Assembly: GCA_963734215.1 (NCBI GenBank)
Contig: CAVTGH010000006.1
Coordinates: 69,453-133,452 of the forward strand
DNA from: an uncultured Acidobacteriaceae bacterium
Lineage (GTDB): Bacteria > Acidobacteriota > Terriglobia > Terriglobales > Acidobacteriaceae
Length of the DNA: 64,000 nt
Direction of reading: 5' to 3'
Shown here: positions 9,701 to 18,398 of the stretch, in pieces
Numbering within the stretch: position 1 is the first letter of the stretch
How the letters are laid out: each line of letters opens with the position of its first letter
The notes under the pieces: model-generated
What the model was told of the DNA's origin: nothing
Seen by the model: the letters and a program-made list of their open reading frames with translations, nothing else
The model's database searches: none
Made by a program: the position numbers and the translations under genes

Positions 9701-10965
9701 AAAGGTTCGACAAGGCCTATGGCCAGATGGTCTTTCAATATTGTGGCGGCAACGCCGGTATGGCAGGCGGAAATTGCGCCGGCACCCTTGGTGCCGTGAC
9801 CATGCAACCGTTCTTCGAGACCGCGCTCGCAGGGACCGGCTACTGCACGGGCTTCGTGAACTGCACTCAAGCTGTAGCAAGCAGAGAAGGGAATAACGGT
9901 ACCGGAAACATCGGCAACGCCTTTGTCTGGAGCTTATGGAGCGATCTGGATGGTGGCGGCGCCACGTGCAACGCCAGCGGACAATCTTCTTTCGGCGGGC
10001 CGTGCGGATTTAGCTTCGCGCGCAGCATGTTGAACAGCCCTATCAATTGTGTGACGGGTGCTGAGATCGGCTGCAGCGGTCAGCTGACCTCCGGCGTAGG
10101 CGAGAACACGAGCCTCGGCTACGGAAACTACAACGCCCTGTTCTTCTCCTACAAAATGGCGCCTTGGCATGGCCTATCTATGCAGTCAAACTTCACCTGG
10201 TCCAAGGCGCTGGGCACGGGGTCTGAAGTCCAAGCCACCAGTCAATACTCGATCAACGACCCCTACGATTTCGGCCGAAACTACGGTTACCAGCCCTGGG
10301 ATCGTAAGTTCCTGTTTAACGTGTGGTTTACCTACCAACCGCCGGTGTTCCAAGGCCAGCATGGCATTGCCGGACACCTTCTGGGAGGGTGGACCATCGC
10401 GCCGATTCTTGACGTGGGCAGCGGTTTGCCTCAGTTTGTTGCCCCCATCGGTTTTGGCTCGTCGGTCTATAACGGCGGCCAGGAATTCGGCGGAACGGAC
10501 AGTTCCAACATCGGTTCCTATGTAAATGCCGTCAACATCTGCGGCAACCATAACCTCAGTACTTCCCGTCACAATAACTTTTCGACGGTTTCTTCGGCTG
10601 GTGTACCGGGCTTTGGAGTCGATTCTCCTGCGAACCTGTACCAGAATCCGGGAGATGTCTACAACTGCTTCCGCGAACCCATCCTTGGCATCGACAACGG
10701 CTCCAACGGCAACACTGGCAACTACCGCGGCCAACCCTTCTGGAACGTGGACTTCAGCATCAAGAAGAACCTGGCGATTACCGAACGTTTCTCAGGGGAG
10801 TTTGGCGCGGTGTTCACCAATGTTTTCAATCATATTCAACTGTTCGATCCCGGTGTGTCGTTCCTCGGCGATCCTGCCGATTTTGGCTCCCTTGAGGGTT
10901 CGGGCGGCGGCTTTCAGGTTGACAACTCACGGAAGATAGAAATTGACTTCCGCTTAAAGTTCTAA
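6796..10965 (+). CDS. TonB-dependent outer-membrane receptor with N-terminal carboxypeptidase-regulatory-like domain (about 1389 aa)
   Basis: Start moved to ATG 6796, which has GGAGG 6 nt upstream and a signal peptide MHTRSFKLALVLVLAVCVGSALPLWAQ. CarboxypepD_reg pattern GTVVGMVKDSTGAVVVGAKVTLID...TNDTGRYIFVNVKPGIYNISV. Plug-like region follows, then a long Gly/Asn/Tyr-rich barrel ending ...FRLKF (terminal aromatic). Confidence 0.85.
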   Translation: MHTRSFKLALVLVLAVCVGSALPLWAQLTDTGTVVGMVKDSTGAVVVGAKVTLIDAATSIPQAALTNDTGRYIFVNVKPGIYNISVTKVGFSTTKTERQEVKVGTTLTVDLALQVGGANVVVEVQATGTELQTTDAAVGQTITGDALDSLPGLGRDVSTFVTLQPGVAPDGSVAGGNQDQNSFQLDGGNNSSDMDGTQNTYTASFAGDPTGGLVNNEVTATSPGGSPGGGGPTGVMPTPADSIEEFRVATNNQTADFNSSAGAQIRLVTKRGTNQWHGTAYEYYLDNNWAANSFDNDYGDTPRPSYHYSRFGGSIGGRLPLKDFLGGKTFIFANYEGFRWPNSATTTRATPSADMRLGLLTDLASGITYNLNPVQVTSAEGTVYAANANCAAFPGGLCDPQGLGISPTVQTMWQAMPQGNEGTKCLGLSRCDGVNVLAFQANYPVKWSDNFGVVRLDHDFSAKWRFYTTYRYYHQQRQTANQIDIAGGTPVSTAARPSFPWYLTASLSTNISNNVTNDFHYSFLRNYWSRKSLADPTQVPGLGGALEPEGETSTNVLAPLNLDTQDVRTRFWDGKDHMFRDDVSWIKGTHFFTFGGLYQHNWNYHQRTDNGGGINYQTVYWLGAGVGCGTCADNGMDMSGYLPAETTGSVSPKWIRDYGIILGVPGVDQIAYTRTGANLTLNPPNTPAYDQSTIPFYNLYANDSWRVKPSVTVSYGLGWALEMPPKEAQGKQIAFVDNNDKIIDTKAYLGARESAALSGTVFNPNVGFALIGNVAGHPSNFYNPFYKAFSPRLAVAWNPKFDSDSLGGRIFGHDNTVVRGGYGILYGRLNGVGLVLLPLLGTGLIQAVQCIGPTNTGACAGTGGSTPATSFRIGPTTSGFGGLVAPLPAGSPTLPQPDYPGINAIAAGAGSATDINLRPSMNQQYDLTIQRQLNNKLSLEIGYIGRHTTHEFQPVNVNAVPYMMTLGGQRFDKAYGQMVFQYCGGNAGMAGGNCAGTLGAVTMQPFFETALAGTGYCTGFVNCTQAVASREGNNGTGNIGNAFVWSLWSDLDGGGATCNASGQSSFGGPCGFSFARSMLNSPINCVTGAEIGCSGQLTSGVGENTSLGYGNYNALFFSYKMAPWHGLSMQSNFTWSKALGTGSEVQATSQYSINDPYDFGRNYGYQPWDRKFLFNVWFTYQPPVFQGQHGIAGHLLGGWTIAPILDVGSGLPQFVAPIGFGSSVYNGGQEFGGTDSSNIGSYVNAVNICGNHNLSTSRHNNFSTVSSAGVPGFGVDSPANLYQNPGDVYNCFREPILGIDNGSNGNTGNYRGQPFWNVDFSIKKNLAITERFSGEFGAVFTNVFNHIQLFDPGVSFLGDPADFGSLEGSGGGFQVDNSRKIEIDFRLKF

Positions 10966-11016
10966 CTGGGTTCCGCGGTTCTCATGAGCCGCGGTTCGCA
11001 CAATACTTCGGACAAC

Positions 11017-11047
11017 GGGGAAGCCTAACCAGCTGCCCCGTTTTTTT
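11017..11047 (+). terminator. Rho-independent terminator after the receptor gene
   Basis: GGGGAAGC-ctaacca-GCTGCCCC stem (one mismatch) followed by GTTTTTTT. Confidence 0.7.
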
Positions 11048-11084
11048 GTGCCGCATCTTGAATCAATCGAAGCTGCCCGGTGCG

Positions 11085-11109
11085 CCACCCTTCGTTTCTT
11101 GAAGGGTGG
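11085..11109. repeat. REP-like hairpin CCACCCTTC-N7-GAAGGGTGG
   Basis: Perfect 9-bp inverted repeat. The same element occurs at 17447-17469. Confidence 0.7.
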
Positions 11110-11414
11110 GACTCCACAATCGCCTCCATCTCGGGGTTTCTGATTCACGCTCCACAACGCGACTTGGCACTCGAATCCCTCCATCCACCATGCCAATTCC
11201 GCAATTGAATTCATCGTGCGCCATCTGGCGCTAAAATCATTGCGCGGCCGGGAGCACTCTGTTAGCCTTTTTATGGACTTCTTTTCGACTGATCGTTCTA
11301 TACTGATCGTTGTGACCGCGTGCCGCTGCCTGCCCTGAGCGAGCGCAGCGCGCCGAAAGATTCGCGGGTCTCGCCGGAAGTAAAGTCCGAAGCAATTTTC
11401 TAAGGAGAATAATC

Positions 11415-12611
11415 TTGGCCCCAACCGCAACATCAAGAAACCGCATTTTATTTACCTCCGAATCCGTTACCGAAGGCCATCCCGATAAGATCGCCGACCA
11501 GATTTCCGATGCCATCCTTGACGCTTGCCTCGCCGAAGATTCCACCAGCCGCGTCGCCTGCGAGACCCTCACCGCCACCGGCCTCGTCGTCATCGCCGGA
11601 GAGATCACTACCAAGGCCTACGTCGATTTCCAGAACGTCGTCCGCGGCACCGTCGGCGCCATCGGTTACGACAACGCCGTCTACGGCTTCGACTGCAACA
11701 CCTGCGCCGTAATCTCCAGCATCAACAAACAGTCCGGCGACATCGCCATGGGCGTCGATACCGGCGGCGCCGGCGATCAGGGAATGATGTTTGGATATGC
11801 TTGCGATGAGAATGAGGAGTTGATGCCTACTCCCATCTCGCTGGCGCACAAGCTGACCATGCGGCTCGCGCAAGTGCGCAAGAATGGAACTCTGCCTTTT
11901 CTTCGTCCGGACGGAAAATCCCAAGTGACCGTTGAGTACGGCGCGAACGGCAAGGTGCTGCGGGTGGATGCGGTGGTGATTTCCACGCAGCATGCGGAGA
12001 CCGTGAACAACGACGAATTGCGCGCGAGTATTCTGAAGCACGTGATTCAGGCGGTGATCCCGGCCCATCTCCTGGACGAGGACACCAAGTATCACATCAA
12101 TCCCACGGGACGTTTTGTGATTGGCGGGCCGATGGGGGACACGGGCCTGACCGGACGCAAGATTATTGTGGACACTTACGGCGGCATGGGGCGTCACGGT
12201 GGCGGGGCCTTCAGCGGCAAGGATCCGACGAAGGTGGACCGATCGGCGGCTTACATGGCGCGGCACATCGCCAAGAATATTGTTGCCGCGAAGCTGGCGG
12301 ACCGCTGCGAAGTGCAGCTGGCCTACGCCATCGGAGTAAGCGATCCGGTGAGCGTGCGGGTGGATACGTTTGGCACGGAGAAAGTGAATCCGGAGATTAT
12401 TCCGGATCTGATTCGCGCCCACTTCAAGCTGACGCCGCGGGGAATTATTGAATCTCTCGATTTGCGGCGCCCGATTTATAAGAAGACGGCGGCCTACGGA
12501 CATTTCGGGCGCAACGATCCCGACTTCACTTGGGAAAAGACGGATAAAGCGGCAAAGCTGGCTAGCGACGCCGGGGTGCGAGAGCCGGTGGCGCAGGGTG
12601 TGCGCAAGTAG
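11415..12611 (+). CDS. metK: S-adenosylmethionine synthetase
   Basis: [37 protein letters not shown] and [19 protein letters not shown] are MetK signatures. TTG start with AAGGAG at 11402-11407. Confidence 0.97.
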   Translation: MAPTATSRNRILFTSESVTEGHPDKIADQISDAILDACLAEDSTSRVACETLTATGLVVIAGEITTKAYVDFQNVVRGTVGAIGYDNAVYGFDCNTCAVISSINKQSGDIAMGVDTGGAGDQGMMFGYACDENEELMPTPISLAHKLTMRLAQVRKNGTLPFLRPDGKSQVTVEYGANGKVLRVDAVVISTQHAETVNNDELRASILKHVIQAVIPAHLLDEDTKYHINPTGRFVIGGPMGDTGLTGRKIIVDTYGGMGRHGGGAFSGKDPTKVDRSAAYMARHIAKNIVAAKLADRCEVQLAYAIGVSDPVSVRVDTFGTEKVNPEIIPDLIRAHFKLTPRGIIESLDLRRPIYKKTAAYGHFGRNDPDFTWEKTDKAAKLASDAGVREPVAQGVRK

Positions 12612-12880
12612 CCGAGCTGCTTGCTTTACCCTGTGAACCTCTGTGGCCACTGTGTTAAAGATTTTGTTCTTATTAACAGCCCTAACCAAAGTGCAACTGT
12701 GGTGATGGGCCGAAAGGCTTATTCCCTTAAGGGTATTTGGGTATGCCGATCTTAGTCCCGAGTCGTGTATTCTGGCAGGGTACTGGGGCGGCTCAAACTA
12801 CTCTTTCCGGTTCAAGACAAACTGATCAAAACTAAGGTAACCAACATAGTTTCTTAGCATGAAAGCGCCACAGGAGGCGT

Positions 12881-14155
12881 ATGTCGACAGCAGCACAGAT
12901 CAATTATGACGTCAAAAGTTTAGAGCTGGCGGAGTTGGGCAAGAAGCGCATCGAGTGGGCGAACCAGTCCATGAAGGTGCTGCAGATCATCCGCAAGGAA
13001 TTCATCAAGAACCAGCCGCTGAAGGGAATCCGTATTTCGGCCTGCCTGCACGTGACGGCGGAAACGGCGAACCTGGCAGTTTGCCTGCGCGACGGCGGCG
13101 CGGACGTGGTGCTATGCGCGTCCAATCCGCTCTCCACCCAGGACGATGTTTCGGCCAGCCTGGTGCGCGACCAGGGCATTCCGGTTTTCGCCATCAAGGG
13201 CGAAGATAACGATACGTATTACAACCACATTCTGGCGGCCATCGATCATAAGCCGCACATCACGATGGACGATGGCGCGGACCTGGTCACAATCCTTCAC
13301 ACCAAGCGCACGGATAATCTGGAAGGCGTGATCGGCGGCACCGAAGAGACGACGACGGGCGTGATCCGGCTGCGCGCCATGGCCAAGGAAGGCGTGCTGA
13401 AGTTCCCCATCGTGGCGGTGAACGACGCCGACACCAAGCATTTGTTCGACAACCGCTACGGCACAGGACAGTCGACCATCGACGGCATTATCCGCGCTAC
13501 CAATTTCCTGCTGGCGGGTTCGAAGTTCGTGGTGGCCGGCTACGGCTGGTGCGGCCGCGGACTGGCGAGCCGGGCGCGGGGTTGCGGCGCGGAAGTGATC
13601 GTCACCGAAGTGGACCCGACCAAGGCGCTGGAAGCGGTGATGGACGGCTTCCGCGTGATGTCGATGACGGAAGCGGCGAAGATCGGCGACGTGTTCTGCA
13701 CGGTCACGGGAAACAAGAGCGTGCTGACCAAGGACCACTTCGCGTTGATGAAAGATGGAGCCATCATTTCGAACTCCGGACACTTCAACGTGGAGATCGA
13801 TATTCCGTCGCTGGAGAAGATGTCCTCGTCCAAACGCACGACGCGCGCGTTTGTCGACGAATACTCCTTGAAAGACGGGCGCAAGATCAATCTGCTGGGC
13901 GAGGGACGGCTGATCAATCTGTCGGCGGCGGAGGGGCATCCCGCGTCGGTAATGGATATGAGCTTTGCCGACCAGGCGCTTTCGGTGGAGTACATGGTGA
14001 AGAATTTCAAGACGCTGGAGAACAGGGTCTACCGCGTTCCCGACGAACTCGACAAGCGCGTAGCGAAGCTGAAGCTGGAATCGATGGGAATCAAGATCGA
14101 CCGGCTTACCCCGGAGCAGGAAGAGTATTTGGCGGGGTGGAGCGAGGGAACGTAG
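12881..14155 (+). CDS. ahcY: Adenosylhomocysteinase
   Basis: SAHH motifs: [11 protein letters not shown]-like ([12 protein letters not shown]), [21 protein letters not shown]-binding GYGWCGRG and GHFNVEID. Confidence 0.97.
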   Translation: MSTAAQINYDVKSLELAELGKKRIEWANQSMKVLQIIRKEFIKNQPLKGIRISACLHVTAETANLAVCLRDGGADVVLCASNPLSTQDDVSASLVRDQGIPVFAIKGEDNDTYYNHILAAIDHKPHITMDDGADLVTILHTKRTDNLEGVIGGTEETTTGVIRLRAMAKEGVLKFPIVAVNDADTKHLFDNRYGTGQSTIDGIIRATNFLLAGSKFVVAGYGWCGRGLASRARGCGAEVIVTEVDPTKALEAVMDGFRVMSMTEAAKIGDVFCTVTGNKSVLTKDHFALMKDGAIISNSGHFNVEIDIPSLEKMSSSKRTTRAFVDEYSLKDGRKINLLGEGRLINLSAAEGHPASVMDMSFADQALSVEYMVKNFKTLENRVYRVPDELDKRVAKLKLESMGIKIDRLTPEQEEYLAGWSEGT

Positions 14156-14242
14156 TTCTTGGCGCTCAGTTCTCTTTCCTGGCGCACGGTCCTTGCGGCC
14201 CGAGAAGAACGGCGCATCAGGAACGAATGGCTAGAGGAATGA

Positions 14243-16660
14243 ATGGCTAAAGGAGGGATAATAGTATTGGTGGTGTGGCTCCTCGCGCTCACCGTGTGCG
14301 GCTGGAGCCTCTTGTCAGACAGGAAGCCTCACTTGTTCGGCTCGGAGACGATTCGCCGCCGGCTCACCTTTCCGCACTGGTTGGTGATATCAGGAGCATT
14401 GGCCTCGTTCGCCATGGTTCTTGTTGGGACCAAGCCGTGGCTGGCCTTGACAGTTAAACCGCACGGCCCGCCGCCTTTAGACTTCCTCCCTTTGGCGACC
14501 GTTTTGGTACTGTGCATGTTGTTTGGTTTTGTCGCCTTTGAAGCCGGTGCGGTGTCCTCGGCCTATCGTGACGAGAGCTGCCAAAAAAATCTGTTGGTCA
14601 TGATGTTTTCTCTTGCCTCCTACCTCGGTATCGGCCGTGTCATATTCGGTCATTTCGCACCGACCCACGAACCCATCTTGATCGTGTTTCAGGCGGCATT
14701 CGCCTGCACAGTAAGTCTCATAATATCCAACGCGCTGACGGAGCGAGCGTCAACACCGACAAATGTGCTCTGTGCTATCGTCTCGGCCGGCCTGGGATAT
14801 CCACTGCTCGCGGGACTGGTCTGGGGAAACACGGGCGCACTTCTGCGCGAGATCGGATTCGTGGATGCCTCCGGAGCGAGCACGGTGCATTTGTTCGCCG
14901 CCTCGGCAAGCCTGACTGCGGCGGCTGCCGTCGGCCCGAGAGCTCGGATACAGAGGTGGCAATTCCTGGATGTGCAGGATACGCCTGCATTCAGCTCACC
15001 ATGGGCCGTCGTTGGTGGGCTTTTCCTGATGTTCGGCTGGTTGGGCTTCAACAGCGGAACCGCCGATTCAGGGTGGCAAGGGCATGCATTTTTCAATACG
15101 ACGGTTGGTGCCTGCAGCGGTGCGTTGGCGGCTTGGTTAATGTCATGGGGAGTGGGCGCGCTGAAGTGGCAGACTCGTCTGTTGGAAATGGTAGAACGGC
15201 ATCACAAGTATCTTAAGCGGACCATCGATGGACTTGAGGCTCGCCCTCGCATTGTGATTGGAATGATGGGCGGGTTGGTCGCCGTCACAGCCAACGGTGC
15301 GCTCCCAGAGGTGAACGGGAAAATGACTTCCGCCGAGTCGTTTATAGGCGGCTTCGTGGCTGTTTTTGTCTCCGCATTGCTGTCGGCGTGCTCACCGTCC
15401 GAGCAAATCGACGATCCGTTAGGCGTGATCGGCACTCACGGTTGCGCTGCGATAGTCGGGATTCTTTTCACGGCTTTTTGGATCGTAGACTCTCACATGG
15501 TTTGGCGGCAATTCATAGCTCAGCTCATCGGATGCGGCGCGTGTGTCGTGGCCGGTTGGGTGGTCGCGATGGTACCGTGCTTCTTGCTGCTGAGACTCGA
15601 GCGCTGGGCGCTTGTAAACAACATGGGCTCCTCCTGGACGGCAGTCAATTTCAGGCTACGCCTTGGCGCCGTCGAACAGCTCGGCACGACTCGCGAAACA
15701 CCCCTGGACCAGGAATGGAACCTTCGAATAGAAGAAGCGAGGCACCGAATCATCCAGGGTCTCAATGGAAACCATGATGAGTGGTGGGAAGCGGTCAAGG
15801 TATATGCGACCGCCGCTGAGATGTTCGACAAGAAGTCGCAGGCGGACATCGCACACGAGATCGTTGCGAGTCTCGACGAAACTGCCCGTTGGCCCGAAAG
15901 AGAAAAAGTCGCACTGGTTGCACTCGCCAGCTCTGAAGGCAGGGGAGAGGACGTCAGCTCCGCGCTTCAGCAGTGCCTGAGTCGTGCCAACGGCAATGGC
16001 AACGGTCACGCAGCTGCGGATCTTGGTCGCAAGAAAATGTTGGTGTGGAGCGCATCATTGTTGACCGAGAGAGCCGCCGCATCGGCCAAAGTGGCGAGAC
16101 CCGAAATGCCTGCCTTGCTTGTCCGCGCACAGGAGGGTCTCGATTTTCTCCGAAAGGTCACGATGGGCGACAAGGACTATGAGGTTCGGGATCTCGCGCG
16201 GGTCGGCATCATTGACTCCAGTGCTCGGCTGTTCGGTTCCAATGGCAAGGAGAGCAAGGAGCCTAGGTACGGAAAGAGGTCGAACACTGAGAAACTAGAG
16301 CAGATTGAAACCCTGGCACGCCGTTCCACAAAAGACACCCTTGCAAAAGGTGACAGGCAGGATTTGGTTCCCCACGAGTATTCTCCGGACACTGTACCGG
16401 CCCAGGACGCCAATGTTGCGCGCTATATGCGCTTGATGCAGGACGCGGAGTGGTACGAGACGAACGCTGGCAAAGTAGTTGGCATGGTTGACGGTACCGT
16501 GGTCTGCACAGGGGATGACCTGATGCAGGTACTATCGGAGCTTAGAGCTACCCATCCAACGCAAAGAAGGTTCGTGAAGCGCGTTGAGCGTAACGATGAA
16601 ATTCTCGATGTGCCTACGCCGCTAGAGACAGATGACCCCGACGGAGCACAAGATGCTTAA
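14243..16660 (+). CDS. Divergent Amt/MEP/Rh-family ammonium-transporter-like membrane domain fused to a ~330-aa soluble C-terminal extension (805 aa)
   Basis: Matches to AmtB landmarks: FQAAFACTVSLIISNALTER (AmtB FQGSFACITVGLIVGALAER), FVDASGASTVHLFAA (Asp160/His168 region), FGWLGFNSGTA (WFGFNAGSA), DDPLGVIGTHGCAAIVG (His318 region). The tail ...EWYETNAGKVVGMVDGTVVCTGDDLMQVLSELRATHPTQRRFVKRVE resembles DUF5678. Confidence 0.7.
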   Translation: MAKGGIIVLVVWLLALTVCGWSLLSDRKPHLFGSETIRRRLTFPHWLVISGALASFAMVLVGTKPWLALTVKPHGPPPLDFLPLATVLVLCMLFGFVAFEAGAVSSAYRDESCQKNLLVMMFSLASYLGIGRVIFGHFAPTHEPILIVFQAAFACTVSLIISNALTERASTPTNVLCAIVSAGLGYPLLAGLVWGNTGALLREIGFVDASGASTVHLFAASASLTAAAAVGPRARIQRWQFLDVQDTPAFSSPWAVVGGLFLMFGWLGFNSGTADSGWQGHAFFNTTVGACSGALAAWLMSWGVGALKWQTRLLEMVERHHKYLKRTIDGLEARPRIVIGMMGGLVAVTANGALPEVNGKMTSAESFIGGFVAVFVSALLSACSPSEQIDDPLGVIGTHGCAAIVGILFTAFWIVDSHMVWRQFIAQLIGCGACVVAGWVVAMVPCFLLLRLERWALVNNMGSSWTAVNFRLRLGAVEQLGTTRETPLDQEWNLRIEEARHRIIQGLNGNHDEWWEAVKVYATAAEMFDKKSQADIAHEIVASLDETARWPEREKVALVALASSEGRGEDVSSALQQCLSRANGNGNGHAAADLGRKKMLVWSASLLTERAAASAKVARPEMPALLVRAQEGLDFLRKVTMGDKDYEVRDLARVGIIDSSARLFGSNGKESKEPRYGKRSNTEKLEQIETLARRSTKDTLAKGDRQDLVPHEYSPDTVPAQDANVARYMRLMQDAEWYETNAGKVVGMVDGTVVCTGDDLMQVLSELRATHPTQRRFVKRVERNDEILDVPTPLETDDPDGAQDA

Positions 16661-17044
16661 ATACGGCAACACGCAGTCGAAAACTATCCCTGGTCCAGAG
16701 CTAATTGTTGAGGTCTATGCCGCTGCTAGGCCCCAGCATGGAGAGAAGGTGGCGTGCCTTATAGATACGCTGCGACTACCAGCGTTTTACCTCTTTCCGT
16801 CGTGGAGCGATTGAATCTGAAAGAAGAATATACTTCTCAATGGGTTATTTGGGGATCGGGACAACAAACTAACGAATTAAAGGTTCATGTGAATCTTGTT
16901 ATCCAGAGTCAGCCTGTTAACGAACTTTGGGTGCTGACGTGCCCTAAGAAGTACGGCCTGATCGGGCGTGATGTATTGAATCGGCTCTTTCTGACCTGTG
17001 ACGGCCCTGGTGAAGGATTTTGGATCGCAAAAGAATGGCTTTAA
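16653..17044 (+). pseudogene. Retropepsin-like (clan AA) aspartic protease, frameshifted at the catalytic D-T-G-A motif
   Basis: Frame 1 reads MLKYGNTQSKTIPGPELIVEVYAAARPQHGEKVACLIDT. Frame 2 continues AATTSVLPLSVVERLNLKE...YGLIGRDVLNRLFL. The join is at about 16770 (gatacg|ctgcgact). The ATG overlaps the upstream stop (ATGCTTAA). Confidence 0.6.
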
Positions 17045-17424
17045 TACGAAACTTCTTCCGACATAATTTCGGGATTCCAGCGGAGCCTTTATCCCCAGTG
17101 GACGCTAGTGAGGAGGCGGTCGTCGAGGAGGTCGGGGAGACCGGCGCCGGATCATCGCGCTCCATCGCAGAACAGAAAGTGCGAAACCGCATCGTTTTGA
17201 CTATCAACTGGGTAATGCTCTCCATTCTCTTTCTTGGGTTTTGCTACGTGATGGCCTCGAACTGGTTCCACCCCAACGCCCACGTGCCTGACCTAATTCA
17301 GAACGTCGTCTGGGGTGAGGCCGGTTATTTCTTTAGCTTGCTGGCATCCTTTGTCCGAGAAGGGAATGTGGATCGGTCGATCCGCGGACCTCATCGGGGA
17401 TCCAGGAAAGCCATCAAGAAATAA
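17035..17424 (+). CDS. Hypothetical 2-TM membrane protein
   Basis: The ATG overlaps the protease stop (ATGGCTTTAA). Hydrophobic segments VLTINWVMLSILFLGFCYVMA and VVWGEAGYFFSLLASFV. Confidence 0.5.
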   Translation: MALIRNFFRHNFGIPAEPLSPVDASEEAVVEEVGETGAGSSRSIAEQKVRNRIVLTINWVMLSILFLGFCYVMASNWFHPNAHVPDLIQNVVWGEAGYFFSLLASFVREGNVDRSIRGPHRGSRKAIKK

Positions 17425-17446
17425 TGCGTATTGCGGGCGGGTGCCA

Positions 17447-17469
17447 CACCCTTCGCCTTTTGAAGGGTG
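17447..17469. repeat. REP-like hairpin CACCCTTC-N7-GAAGGGTG
   Basis: Same family as 11085-11109. Confidence 0.7.
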
Positions 17470-17618
17470 GAATTACGCGGTCGCCTTCCCCTCGGGCTTC
17501 CTGCCGACTCAGTGAACAGCCAACAGCACAGTCTTGTTATCCGAACAGTAACTGTCTACTTAAGTAGACTTCCCCTTTGTCCCACGGGCATGTAAGAGTG
17601 GACTAGGTTCCAAAAACA

Positions 17619-17648
17619 GCGCGGCCATCACTGGCCGCGTTTTCTATT
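17619..17648 (+). terminator. Rho-independent terminator (end of the 14243-17424 operon)
   Basis: GCGCGGCCA-tcac-TGGCCGCGT stem followed by TTTCTATT. Confidence 0.65.
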
Positions 17649-17702
17649 GGGACGATATCGGGCGGACAAAATAATCGTTCGCGAACAAATCAATAACCGA
17701 GC

Positions 17703-18206
17703 ATGGGAAAAGGGGTAGGTGTGAAGAAACGCGGTTGGATGAACATCAAGAATTCCAAAGATCGAGGAGCATGGGCGGAGTTGTGCTTCGCGGTGCGGGC
17801 CTTGGAGGAGGGGTTGCGCCCGGCCATGCCTTGGGGAGAACCCTCCGGATACGACTTCCTGGTGCATCACAAGAGCACGCGACTCTTCCGCGTGCAGGTG
17901 AAGTCCACCATCTACAAGATGGGACGCTGCTATCACTGCACCATCAGAACCTGCAACCGCGTCTACAGGAAAGACTCGTTCGATTTCGTAGCGGCGTATG
18001 TAATTCCTGAGGATGTCTGGTACATCCTTCCCGAAAGAATCGTGCGCGGCATGTCGCCCGTGGGGCTGTATCCGGCCATGGCCGGCTCAAAATACGATGC
18101 GTACAAGGAGGCCTGGTATCTGCTGCGCGGAGAATTGCCGGGGGTGATTGCGCGCATCGAGGCTTGTGCGGAGGAGTATCTTCCGAAGTGGCGGGAGTGG
18201 ACGTAG
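17703..18206 (+). CDS. PD-(D/E)XK endonuclease-like protein (PDDEXK_5 / group-I-intron-endonuclease-like family)
   Basis: NSKDRGAWAELCFAVRALEEGLRPAMPWGEPSGYDFLVHHKSTRLFRVQVKST fits the D...(V/I)Q(V/I)K pattern of this family. The start may be Met13 (17739). Confidence 0.6.
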   Translation: MGKGVGVKKRGWMNIKNSKDRGAWAELCFAVRALEEGLRPAMPWGEPSGYDFLVHHKSTRLFRVQVKSTIYKMGRCYHCTIRTCNRVYRKDSFDFVAAYVIPEDVWYILPERIVRGMSPVGLYPAMAGSKYDAYKEAWYLLRGELPGVIARIEACAEEYLPKWREWT

Positions 18207-18230
18207 GCAGCGCTCGGCGCTCGGTACTCA

Positions 18231-18260
18231 GAAAAACGGGGACGGCACACGCCGTCCCCG
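18231..18260 (-). terminator. Rho-independent terminator for the minus-strand gene 18399-19145
   Basis: 10-bp stem CGGGGACGGC-acac-GCCGTCCCCG. On the minus strand it is followed by TTTTTC. Two further perfect hairpins lie at about 18284-18326 and 18355-18378. Confidence 0.65.
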
Positions 18261-18398
18261 TGCCGCGTGGGGGGTGAGACAATCGTCGGAGTCTCCGGGA
18301 CGGGATGCGCCGCCCGCGGAGACTCCGTGGGGGGAGGGCCCCCTCGTCCCCCCGTTCCGAAGCGTGCGGCCTTCGGAATCTTTTGAGCCGCGATGGGG

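Noticed and set aside
8473-9870. Long antisense or alternative-frame ORFs in the track. Examples: 8473..9870(-), 11448..12689(-), 13112..13939(-), 27345..28400(-), 29565..30653(-), 34009..34920(-), 51966..53294(+), 55781..57007(+), 780..1799(+).
   Set aside because: Each lies entirely inside a gene whose product carries clear family motifs on the other strand or frame. Their translations are Arg/Pro/Gly/His-rich low-complexity strings, typical of shadow ORFs in high-GC DNA.
11110-11414. SAM riboswitch upstream of metK, and SAH riboswitch upstream of ahcY (12612-12880).
   Set aside because: I could not find the conserved SAM-I, SAM-II or SAH core sequences or convincing pairings by eye. An Infernal/Rfam scan would be decisive, but nothing here supports a call.
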